A stretch of 64,000 bases of DNA. It comes from Octopus sinensis (taxonomy: Eukaryota). The stretch spans positions 35,898,001-35,962,000 of the forward strand of contig NC_043008.1 of the NCBI RefSeq assembly GCF_006345805.1. The letters run 5' to 3'. Under the pieces are notes generated by a model that saw only the letters and a program-made list of their open reading frames with translations, made no database searches and was not told the origin of the DNA. Of the stretch, positions 1-11,375 are shown piece after piece; position 1 is the first letter of the stretch; the number at the start of each line of letters is the position of its first letter. The translations under genes were made by a program, and so were the position numbers.

Positions 1-36
1 TAAATAAGAATACAAAGTTGGCTCTTTACAAATCAT

Positions 37-895
37 TTGTCTTACCATCCCTGTTGTATTCCTATGAAACTTGGACTTGTTATGAAAGGTATTTTAAACT
101 GTTGGAACAATTCCATCAAAAATGTCTTCATCGCATTTAAAAAATTCAATGGAGGTCTTTTACTCCCAAACACAGATGTCCTTGCATCTGCAGGCATCCC
201 CTCAATTAAAGCTATGATTTTGAGGAACCAATTGAGATGGTGTGGCCATTGAGATGGTGTGACCATCTCAATGGCAGATGAACGCATGCCAAAACAGCTG
301 TTTCATGGTGAGCTTGCAGAGGGGAAATGTTATCAGTGTAAACCTAAAAAAAGGTTCAAGGATGGTATAAGGCCTACTATGAATGATTCCAGAAGATATA
401 GAAACCCTTGCTTTGGATCTAGTTGGATGGCAAAGAAAGGTGTAGAGTGGAGTAAAAGCATTTGAAGAGGTCAGGATAATGCAAGTAAGACTCAAAAGAG
501 ATCTAAGGAAGAATGTAACAATCGAGAAGGTGAATGACAATGACCTTTTTGTGTGCACAGTCTGAGATAGACCATGCCTGTCTTTGGCTGGCCTCAAATC
601 TCATCTGCAAACGGATGGAAAACTAACTTCCACAAACTATTCTGACTATATGTCTGTGCACACCTTTGAATGCAGTGTATGACAAGGTTTGCAAATCCAA
701 CGGAGGCCTCAAAAGACATTTCAAGATCCACAAAGAGCATAACTTACCTGCAGCTCTTGGTGGTCCAAACCGGAGGTGCGATCTATGTGGGTGTCTTTTC
801 AGAACATTGTCTGGTTTAAAAAGCCACATCAGTTGCCATGATGGTGCTAAGGTGTAGGTACAGGGGGTGGTCAAACTCTGTATAAGGAGTAGACA
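37..895 (+). mobile_element. Degenerate RTE-clade LINE 3' region (RT C-terminus plus three C2H2 zinc fingers)
   Basis: Frameshifted peptides QLRWCGH, ERMPKQLFHGELAEGK..KPKKRFKD and three CxxC...GLKxH fingers. Confidence 0.8.
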
Positions 896-918
896 ACCAC
901 CATATATATTTTTTTTTC

Positions 919-1086
919 CTGGGGAAAGCCGGTTTATGGAATTACCCTAGGTTTCCCGTCCATAAAGGGTTTAACTTTATGGTGTATCAAACTGATCAAC
1001 AGGTCTTGGGGTCTGATGAAATGCCATAAAGTTAAACCCTTTATGGATGGGAAACTCAAGGGAACCCATAAACTGGCCTTCCCCAG
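919..1086. mobile_element. Hairpin MITE with ~64-bp terminal inverted repeats
   Basis: 919-982 (ctggggaaagcc...aactttatgg) is the near reverse complement of 1024-1086. Confidence 0.75.
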
Positions 1087-1129
1087 TAAAAAATATAGAC
1101 TGCTCTACTTTTTTGAGTGTGCTTCTTCT

Positions 1130-1415
1130 CCAGATTCACCACCTCATCCCAGGTTTTCCTGGGTCTACCTCTTCCACAGGTTTCCTCAACTGCTAGGGTA
1201 TGACACTTTTTCACACAGCTATCCTCATCCATTCTTGCCACATAACCATACCAGCGCAAACGTCTCTCTCGCACACCACATCTGATGCTTCTTAGGTCCA
1301 ACTTTTCTCTCAAGATACTTACACTCTGTCAAGTATGCACACTGACATTACACATCCATCAGAGCATACTGGCTTCATTCCTTGCAAGCTTTTGCATGTC
1401 CTCAGTAGTCACGGC
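1130..1415 (-). mobile_element. RTE-clade LINE RT C-terminal fragment
   Basis: ORF 1056..1313: RERRLRWYGYVARMDEDSCVKKC...GRGRPRKTWDEVV. Confidence 0.8.
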
Positions 1416-1597
1416 CCATATATATATATTTAATGTAGGATAAATTTTTTTCGAAAAAAAAATTTTATGAATGGCCAGCATATTGAAAAATACCTCTAAA
1501 GGTTATATTTATAAACAACTTATAAATAAGGGCAAACGAAAAAATTTCTAATGCCAAATATGCCAAAATTTGACAAATTGTCCATAACAATTAAGTT

Positions 1598-1635
<38 letters not shown>

Positions 1636-3530
1636 TCATCATCATATGTCTGTCTTCCATGATGGCATGGGTTGGACAGTTTGACAGGAGCTGGCAAGCT
1701 GAAGAGCTGTGCCAGGCTCCAATTGGCTGTTCTGACATGTTTTTTATGCTTGGATACCCTACCTAATGCCAACCACTTTACAGATTGTATTGGGTGTCTT
1801 TGTAAGTGGTACCAGCTTGGATGCTTTCTATGTAACACCAGCACTTTTGAGCCCACAACATAATGGCCTCTTGGCCGAGAGAGTGAGTGGCAGTGAAGAG
1901 CATGGCCTGAAAGGACATGACTGTAGGGATGGATGGCCATGGTTTTACTTGACACGTCTTCTCAAGTGCAGCAAACTGCTGGGAATTTCAGTTCCTTGTC
2001 ATCCCCTCTGTGAGGAGATGATTAAGGAGTTAGATGGGTGCTGATGAAAGATCAAAATCTCCCAAAATATGACATATATGCCCATTACCCTTTTCTCATC
2101 TTCAATCTCATTCTTTCTTTACATCTGCTGTCTTGGATATGAAAGGTTGTAACAAAAATCTGTGCAGGCAATAATTTCTATAGAATATCTTGTAGAGATA
2201 ACCTCAACAACTGATGTAAAATGCACTGCTAATACAGTAGGACAAGATATTGACTTATAAAAACATTTAATATATTCTTTGTAATATATTAGGGTTGCAT
2301 AATGAAATACTGCATCCCTACTAGTTATTGATATTCTAAGAGAGAGAGAGAGAGAGACTTTCCAATTAGACCTGGCTCTAGAAAGACTGAATGGTAAAGT
2401 CTTACTACTTTCTGGCAATGATTTAGCAGAAGAAATATGTCAAGTTTGGTAAAAATCACCAGAAGTCACACAGATTTGTACTAAAAAAGGTCAATGTCTT
2501 CATGGAGCAAAATATGATGGCACTTGATGCAAAAATTAAGGATTGGACTTGTATTTTTATAGGGTTTTTTTTTTGTTTCCATTTTTTGTGTAAGTATTAA
2601 TTTAAGTTGGTTGATTCATCTCATTGTTAATGAAAATATTTCAATCTGAGGGGGGAAAATAAAAGAAATCAGTCAGAAATCTATATTTGATTAAAGATTA
2701 AAATAAATTCACTTCATTATTTCAGTTGATTTAAAAATCTTTTTTGTCATCATCATCGTTGTCATGGTCATCATCATTATTGATTGCCATCATCATCATC
2801 CTTATTGCTGTCATTGTTATTCATCATGATCATGATCATTATCATAATTATTTTACATCTGCTTTTCCATGCTGGTATGAGTTGGAAGGATCAACATGAA
2901 TGGCTCAGTTCTTATTTGGAGCTGCTGCCCTCCAAGATAACCCAAAAACCACTTCTCACGTTTATGTTCCATTATGGCGCAGTTTCTATGGCCAGATGCC
3001 CTTCCTGCCACCAACCATTTAACAGTGTACTGGGTGCATATTTTTATGATTCCATCACTCAAGATGTTGAATAGTCTTCAGTAAGACAGGACCTCGTAAC
3101 ACTTAACTTTCTCTGCCCATACAACCAACCACACACACTATTTTCTTTTTAAGAAGTTGATCTCCTTGACTTAGTTGTTCAACCTTCAAAGAGTTGTTGT
3201 CCACTTTCTCTTGCCAACAACACTTTTGCTACCCAATTCAATCATAATGATCTCCTTTGCCACTGTTGTCAATATTAATCCTGTGTCTTCATTCAGTTGA
3301 CAGATCCACTTTTAGACAACCTAAAACATGGTCAGGTGGTTGGGGAATCTTATGCTCCTCTTCTTAAACATCCAAATCAATCAAATCAATTGAGTTGCTT
3401 CTCACTGGTTTTCTATGGTAATGCTGTGTTATGTAGAGCTGAGTAGCAGACCCCCAACCTTTTCTTTTACTTGTGTTGTTTAGACTTAAAAGAAATATTT
3501 TAAATGTGTGTGTACATGTGTGTATGTATG

Positions 3531-3570
<40 letters not shown>

Positions 3571-3619
3571 TAATCCAAACAAGAAAGCACAAAAAAACAC
3601 AATAACGCGAGGACGTGGA

Positions 3620-3770
3620 ACAAATATAGTATTATTGGACACTCAGGAAAGAAGGAGGGTTTAACGTTTCGAGTGGAGCTCTTCGTCGGAAACTTAGGAG
3701 AAGGAAAGATCCAGAGAAGGGAAGACAGACGAAAAAAAAAATCGCCAATGGTACACACACAGTCACATTT
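3620..3770 (-). mobile_element. Penelope-like element terminal remnant containing a hammerhead-like motif
   Basis: Minus strand reads gtttCCGACGAagagctccactcGAAAcgttaaac, the motif type found at Penelope-like element ends. Confidence 0.5.
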
Positions 3771-5310
3771 TGAATGCTATATATATATATGTGTGTGTGA
3801 GTGTGTTATAACTTTTCATGGTGATATGGGACTGACAAGTCTGTTCTTGTATAGATTCTCAGTGTTATGTGCTCATATAAAGCCCAACCAGCATTCTTGA
3901 GATCACCCTTTACTATTCTTGGCTATTTCCACTTTGTCAGCCATCATGCCTTCCTTATTACATATCAGACAACTGTGTCCTCAATTATTATAGCTGATGT
4001 TTCTGATGACTAGTTCCTCCCTCGGCACAATTGTGCTTCAACATTCATGCATATAAGTAACACATATCCAGTAGAGCAGGCTCCTTTGCTTAATTCCCAG
4101 TCTTCACCTATTCAATGGCCATATCTTACTACTATGCAACATTACACTTGACATACAAGTGTTATATAATCTGTCCTTCACTCAGAAAGAGAGAGATAGA
4201 CTCTTTGTCGCTAGCAGAAATAAGTGTACTTTGAACTTTTTCTCACCACTTTATTCTGATAACAAATGTTTTCACCACAACCCTGTGTACTATTTATTAG
4301 GATACCTGGGTAACAAGCTGTCAAATACTTGTTGCGGGGTGATTCTGATAGTGTTGAGGGGTTGGGCTTTGAGAATTATAAACATGGCAAACTAAAGTAT
4401 AGTGTTTTTAACACTATACTCCTAAATAAAGGTTAGTTAATACCAGAAATAATAGTAAATATGTAACTAAATATAGGATTGGTCCTTTTCTGCAAGTCAT
4501 ACTGCTTCAAAAAATATAACACATCTCAACAATAAAGTAGTTTTAAACATGGTATTCCTCAACAAAAGATAGACTGGCCTAAAAAACTGCTTTCCACAGT
4601 AAGTGGTGAAATTTTGAGTGGACACAATTGACTTACACAGTAAAAGAGTTAATAAAATAAAAATGGGTTTATTTTTGGTTAATCCTTTTCTTACCACATT
4701 TCTCTCGATATTATATCACCTTTGGTTCTATTAATTTTCAAGATAATGAAGGATTTAGTAAAATAATTTTGTCATTATAAACGTTTTGCCTGTCCTGCTT
4801 ATCTCATACTTCTCTGCTGTCATTTATGGTACACATCCCCAGTTTCTTTCTCAGAGTAACTTGAGACTTCTGAAAGGGAAAGCTTTATTTTACTCAAAAC
4901 ATATGAAACAAGTCTTAAAACATGCAAAGACATTGAGGATCCATTTATGAAAATGCTTTGGACAGACAAAGGGTTAATAAAGTTGGTGGTTTGGAACTAA
5001 TTAACATGAAATTTTAATGCAAGCTTTCCGTCTAGGTCACTGGATCTAACCAGCCTCTCACTTAAAACAAGCAAAATATTTGGGCTTGATATGGTTGACT
5101 GAAATACTTGAGGGTTAAGCTAGAAAGTTTGTATCATAGAACCATGGATGTCCTCAGACAGGTTGGGATCAAAACGGTTAAATTATATTAAATGTAATTT
5201 CCAATACCACAACAAAAGACAGAGGAATTACAGAGATGCAATCTTTATTCATATTTCATTTTTGGATTTGGTTTGCAAGATTCTTTATATGAGTTTGTGT
5301 GTTGAAGCAT

Positions 5311-5529
5311 ATTCTGTTGTGTCTGGGGAGAGTCATTTTCTTTTTGTGCCTTATAATGTAACACACTCACTGGTAAAATTTCCACTTATTTCTTATTTTT
5401 ATTTTCTTAAACTTTTTGTTGTGTCTTACAACCTTTTCAATTGTCTTGACTAATAAGTGGAAATTTTACCAGAGTGTGTTTCATTATAAGGCACAAAAAG
5501 AAAATGACTCTCCCCAGACACAACAGAAT
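5311..5529. mobile_element. Hairpin MITE with ~80-bp inverted arms
   Basis: 5311-5390 (attctgttgtgtctggggagagtc...ccacttatt) is the reverse complement of 5452-5529. Confidence 0.8.
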
Positions 5530-8385
5530 CTCTATTCAGTTTTCTCGTTAATAAAGAAGTTAGGTGGCAAGAAGGCAAATAATATTGGTAGAGTGTGTGT
5601 GAAACCTTTAGTTTTCATCAGTTTTAGAACAGATATTTCAAAGGCGAATTGATAAAACATCTGAGAGAATGTCTTGAAGTGTTTGTTCTGATTCTCTTCT
5701 CCTTGACTTCCAATATTAGAGAACATATTCCTATTCACATCCTCCTTATTAATTATTTCTAATTCTGACATAAAACCAGCAGTTATGAAGGAATGGGGCA
5801 AGTCATTTATATTAACTCTTCCTCCTAATACTTAATTGGTATTTATTTTATTGACCCAGAAAAAATGAAAGGCAAAACTGGCTTTAGTGGGATTTGAACT
5901 CAGAATGTAAAGAGGTAGAGTGGATGTTGCTAAGCATTTTTTCCCAGGTGTAAATGATTCTGTTGTCATCTTATGGTTTCAAATTTTGTGCAGCTGGTAC
6001 TTTATCAATTCTGAAAGTATGAAAAGCAAAGTTGACTTTGGTGGGATTTGAACTCAAAATGTGAAGAACCAGAATGAATGCTGCTAAACAGTTTTTCTGA
6101 AGTGCTAGCAATTTTGCCAGCTCAACACCTTTCCTCTTTTTATGATGCAAACCTCATTTTAAAGTCATCTAAGTTTAAAATCAGCCACCAAAATTTCATG
6201 TCATGTTCTAGGCACCAGCTTAATAACAACAAAGCTATTTTACTAAATTCTTCATTATTTTAAGAATTAACTGAAGCAAAGTTAGAATAGAGTTTAAATT
6301 TTTATCACCATGGAACTGATGAGTCTGTTCTGAGACAGATTCTCAGTGTTATGCATTTATACCAGTTTTTCTTCTTAAGATGGTAATTTATTTTTCCTCT
6401 ACTTTTCATTCTTCATAGTGGACCCTCTTCTCAAACTACATAGTGAAGTAACATTTCTGATTGCAAAATATCTTTTGGCAAATTTTAACTGTAACTTACA
6501 TTATTATCCTCATCACCATCGTTAATATATAATCTTTTTAATTAATAAATATTAGCAGGATGCTGTAGTGACGTCATCTTGACAGTCTTCAGTGCGCGTG
6601 TGTGGACTGGAATCTTCTAGAAGGCCTGCGAAGGTTCCCTCATGCACATGCGCTAAAAGACTGACGGAAAAAGTTCTGTCGTGTTCCTTGCATCGGAGAC
6701 TTGGGATGCAGCCATTGAACACTGTAAACGTGTTTTTGATTAACTCCAGATTTGCTGTGTGGTTGCTGACCGACCAAAAACATACATTTCACAATATACC
6801 CGAATAAAGAGTTGAATATATTGTTCGGATGCTTTTCTTGTTTCCTTGCATATACATTTTTAAAACAAAGAGGAAGAAATCCTACAATGCTGTGATAATT
6901 AGATCCCATCTTCTTCAACCACTTATTCCTCAATCACCATCAGATCCTGTCAGAAGCGACCATCTTCACTTGATCCGATTGAATCCCAAAGTGAGACTAA
7001 CCAACTTTATGGATCCAACCATCTTGCTCATGGTCTACTACAAGGTTTCCTGCTTGTTGGTTTGACCTGTAAAACATGTTCAGGGTTTTTTTCTTGTTTC
7101 ATTCTCACAAGATACAATAGTATCAGTGCTGTGATTCCTCAATTCAGAAAAATAGTGGCTCCTCTCTCATCTCCGAGCTATCCACTGTTTAGTAACATTA
7201 CTCCAAAGACACTTCAGAAGAACCCCGTTTATGATGCACATATTTGCAGTTGTATTCTTTCGATCTTTACAAATCTCAAGACCTCAAAAAGGGTTGGTAC
7301 TTACAGGTTTTATAAATTTATTTCTACTTTGACAAAGGCACAACTTCCCAATTGCATGGTTTTGGATTGTTATACTACACAACACTTGTGAGGTAAATGT
7401 CTTCTACTATAGCCATGAGGCGACTAAAACCTTGTGAATGAATGGTGTAGAAGCTGAAATCTCATCATTGGTGTGTGTGTGTGTGTGTGTGTGTGCACAT
7501 ATCTTCTCATCTTGGCATAACAGGAGAATTATAGAGAAGTGTTACCATCATAGAGAGGAGTCACTCATTTCCAGTCCATGGAAATATATCTAACCATGGG
7601 GAAATATCTTGTTTGGAGACAGGTGATGGTTGGTGTCAGGAAGGGCATCCAGCAGTATAAAATCTGCCTCATACAAGCATGGAAAAGTGGACATTAAAAC
7701 AGTCACCCTACCTTCAGTAACAATGTCTCAGTTTTTGTTTCATTCATTAGTCTGTAGCCATTTTAGGGCACTGCTTTGAAGAATTATAGTTGAATGAATC
7801 AAACCCAGTATATATTTGAGCTTGGTACTTATATAAATCATTTTTGCTGAACCGTTAAGTTACAAGGACATAAACACAGACACAATCACACACATATATG
7901 CGATGGGCTTCTTTCAGTTTTCTATTATAAAATCCACTTACATGGATTTGGTCAACCTGAGGCTACAGTAGAAGACACTTGTCCAAGGTATCACGCAGTG
8001 GAACTGAACCTGGGACCATGTGGTTAGGAAGCAAACTGAGTTTTCTCTCCATTCAATGGAGATATATAGAGAAACGCCATCAAAAACTAGCTCATCTGAT
8101 ATTTTTCTAACATTGGCACAGAGCCACAAATTTGGTGAAGAGATGGAGTGTAGAAAGGCTGGTGGTTTATTTGACCAACTTCTGGAAACGTGAGAACAAA
8201 GGTGTTCCCAGCAGGATTTGAATTCAGAGAGGAACCAGATGTTTTACTCTGGACTACAATGTCTGCCATCCATCATACTGAATATAGTAATTATAGTTTC
8301 CAATAAAGGGACAAGGTTTGTAGTTTTGAAGGGAGGGGTTTAGGTGCTACCACTGACCTCAGTATTTGACTGGTACTTTATTTTA

Positions 8386-8818
8386 TCTTGGTCTCAAGAA
8401 TTTGTCTTATGAAGAAAGGCTGAAGACGCTCGACCTTTATTCTCTAGAAAAACGCCGACGCCGTGGTGATCTCATTCTTGCTCACAACATCATAAGCGGA
8501 AAGTGTAACCTCTCGAAAGAGCTGTTCTTCACTCCTGCTTCAGAGCGTCGGCTGCGGGGTCACTCCGAAAAGCTCTATCTGCGACGATTTCATCTCAATC
8601 GAAGGAGAGGGGCTTTCTCCGTCCGGGTTGCAGATCCGTGGAATAAGCTGCCGGACGAGATGGTGAAGATGCCGACGACCGCTCGGTTCAAAGTCTCCCT
8701 TGACCACAAGTGGCCTGAACTCTTTACATGAACACCACCCTGTACATAACTCCATGTCCCCCTACATGGCCTTGCATTTTGCTTTTTGAGCCAAAAATTT
8801 AACTAACTAACTAACTAA
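8386..8818 (+). mobile_element. 5'-truncated CR1-clade LINE with intact RT C-terminus and (TAAC)n tail
   Basis: LSYEERLKTLDLYSLEKRRRRGDLI...RGHSEKL...FSVRVADPWNKLP, followed by a 3'UTR and taac repeats. Confidence 0.88.
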
Positions 8819-8849
8819 TAGCCTCAACAGGAAATGAACAAAATAATAA

Positions 8850-10130
8850 CAATAATAATGATAATGATTATATTTCAAATTTTGACACAAGGCCAGCAAT
8901 TCTGGGGAGGATGTTAGTCTCCATTGAGACTTGACTGGTATTTATTTCATTGACTCCGATATGATGAAAGACAAAGTTGAACTTGGGGGAATTTAAACTC
9001 AGAACATAAAAACAAACAAAATGTTGCCAAGCATTTTGTCTGGCATGCTAACCATTCTGCCACTTTGCCACCTTAATAATAATAATGATTTTAATATGGG
9101 TACAAGGCCAGTGGTTTTGAAAGGAGGCGATTAGGTGACACCATCAACCCCAGAACTTGACGAATACTCTATTTTATTGTCTCCAGAAGAACAAAAGGCA
9201 AAGTAGACCTCAGCAGGATTTGAACTTGGAATGTCAAAGGCGAATAGAAATAGCTCATGGTATTTTGGTCAGCATTCTAACAGTTCAGTGAATCTACCAG
9301 CTTTAAAAATTGTTCCCGATTTAAGCAGAAAATCAGTGATTTCATGGAGAAGAGCTGAGACAATAGCATCGACCCCCAATATTTGCCTGGTACTTTCCTT
9401 TATTGCCCCCCCCCCCCAAAAAAATTAAAGGTCAAGTCAACTTCAGCAGGATTTGAACTCAGAATGGCCTGGCTCTCCATTGGCTATGAATTTTTCAGTT
9501 GATTCAATTAATGAAATTAATGTGCAAGTGGTTGAGTACTCAACAGACACGTGTACCCTTAATGTAATTTTCAGGGAGATTCATCACGACACACACAATG
9601 TGACAAGGCTAGTGCCTGACTGGTGTTTAATTAACCCCGAAAGGACGAAGAGTAAAACAGACACTGGTGGGATCTGAACTCAATATAAATAATTGTCTCA
9701 AATTATGGCACTGGGAGAGGGAGGGGTTTAGTCAGTACCATGAAACCCTAGAAACCTGATTGGCGTTTGATTCTGTTGGCCTTGAAAGGAATTAAAGATA
9801 AAGTTGCCTTTAGCAGGATTTGAATGTTAAGAGCTGGGGAAAATGCTGCAAAGCAATTTGTCCAATGCAGTGACAATTTTGTCAGCTTGTTGCTTTGATA
9901 ATAGTAATAATCCTTTCTACTATAGGCACAAGGATTGAAATTAGGAGGAGGGGGATAGTCGATCACATCGACACCAGTATTCAGCTGGTACTTATTTTAT
10001 CGACCCTGAAAGGATGAAAGGCAAAGTCGACCTCGGTGGAAGTTGAACTCAGAATGCAAAGACAGGTGAAATACCGCTAAGCATTTTGTCCGACTAACAA
10101 TTCTGCCAGCTCATTAATTTAACTAATAAT
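8850..10130 (-). repeat. Head-to-tail array of about six tRNA-derived SINE copies (family A) separated by AAT-rich tails
   Basis: Recurring aaaggcaaagtcgac...atttgaactcagaa (B-box reverse) ...aagcattttg...attctgcca. Confidence 0.75.
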
Positions 10131-10542
10131 AATAATAATGATAATAATGATAATGATAATAATGATAATAATAATAATAAACACTTGATGGTAAAATAGC
10201 TTTATATGATCTCAAGAAGAATCAGTAACAACGTTGAGGTGCTTGTTATCAATAATCCAATAATTGTAGTTGTAATAGTAGTAGAAGTAGTAATAGACCA
10301 GATTTTGCTTCTGAATTCTCAGAGTTTGTCAGTTATTTTAGTTTACTTTTACATTTATTTGTACTTTTTTTTTTTTTTTTATCAGCTTGAAAAACGGATT
10401 TCAAGTAATAATTCAGAACCGCTTGTTTGAGTGTTTATGGATTTCGTGTGCAATGTAAAAGGAGATGGAGGGAAAGGGCAAGGAACATAAACAAAACATG
10501 GTATTCACTGTTAACGTAGCATAAAATTAGTATACAAACTAA

Positions 10543-11375
10543 GGATCTTTTCCCTTTGAACGGCAGATCACGAAATTAATTTTTTGTAACTAAACACTTT
10601 CAAACTTCAGACACTGGTAGAATGTGTCATATAAAACATCTTTTACTCTTAGTGTCGTTGAGAAAAGTTTGTATTTTCAAAGTCATTTCATGTTAAAGTT
10701 ATCATATTTCGGTAATTTCAACCAATCAATGACGTGTATTCAGCTGAATACAATTACTGCTGTTGTTTGTCAACAACTATCGGTGGTGTATATTTCATTT
10801 GTTACTGTTATTTATGACATCGTTCGTGCGTTTGTACTGGTTTTAAGCTTTAGGGTTTTAGGGTTAGGGTTAGGGTTTTAGGGTTAGAGTTACGGGGAAA
10901 AAGTGAAAAATGAAGAAATTGGAAGGGGGGGGAGGTAGGGGAGGTACAAAAGTCTTTCCGAAAATAATAGCTGAAAAGCAGGAAAAAAAATAAATTAAAA
11001 GCAGTAGAAATGCATGAACGATTGTGGTGGTGCCATGAAGTAAACATGCTTCAGATACACTTGTTTATTCATGCACATGTAACTGAGATGAAATATGTCA
11101 TAAATAACAGTTACAAACGAAAAATACACCACCAAAAGTCGTTGCAGACAAACAACAGCAGTAATTGTATTCAGCTGAATACACGTCATTGATTGGTTGA
11201 AATTACCGAAACATGACAACTTTAACATGAAATAACTTTGAAAATACAAACTTTTCTCAACGACACTAAGAGTAAAAGATGTTTTATATGACACATTCTA
11301 CCAGTGTCTGAAGTTTGAAAGTGTTTAGTTACAAAAAATTAATTTCACGATCTGCCTTTCAAAGAGTAAAGATCC
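10543..11375. mobile_element. Long-TIR non-autonomous DNA transposon, Merlin-like (GG termini, 8-bp TSD)
   Basis: Arms 10543-10820 and 11095-11375 are near-perfect inverted copies; flanks caaactaa and caaactag. Confidence 0.8.
10850..10892 (+). repeat. Interstitial telomere-like (TTAGGG / TTTTAGGG) repeat
   Basis: ttagggttttagggttagggttagggttttagggttagagtta. Confidence 0.85.

Noticed and set aside
1601-1632. (AT)n and similar microsatellites (3535-3565, 7470-7495, 53941-53970 and others) and the IYIYIY/CVCVCV ORFs they generate
   Set aside because: These are ordinary simple repeats, and their translations are artefacts.
2290-2550. Possible Helitron/PIF1 helicase remnant (ASLLVID...GKVLLLSGND)
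   Set aside because: Only two short, weak motifs are present, broken by a (GA)n tract and stops. It needs an HMM search before it can be called.
6313-6350. CTGATGA-GTCT...AGAC as a second hammerhead (related sequence at 3830-3870)
   Set aside because: The essential GAAA after stem II is absent (AGAT) and no stem I or III is evident.
8850-10130. Regularly spaced repeats as a CRISPR-like array
   Set aside because: The units are ~200-bp divergent SINEs in a eukaryotic context, with no short identical repeats separated by unique spacers and no cas genes.
10624-11294. Two near-identical ORFs on opposite strands (MSYKTSFTLSVVEKS...)
   Set aside because: They are a by-product of the inverted arms of the MITE, not a duplicated gene.
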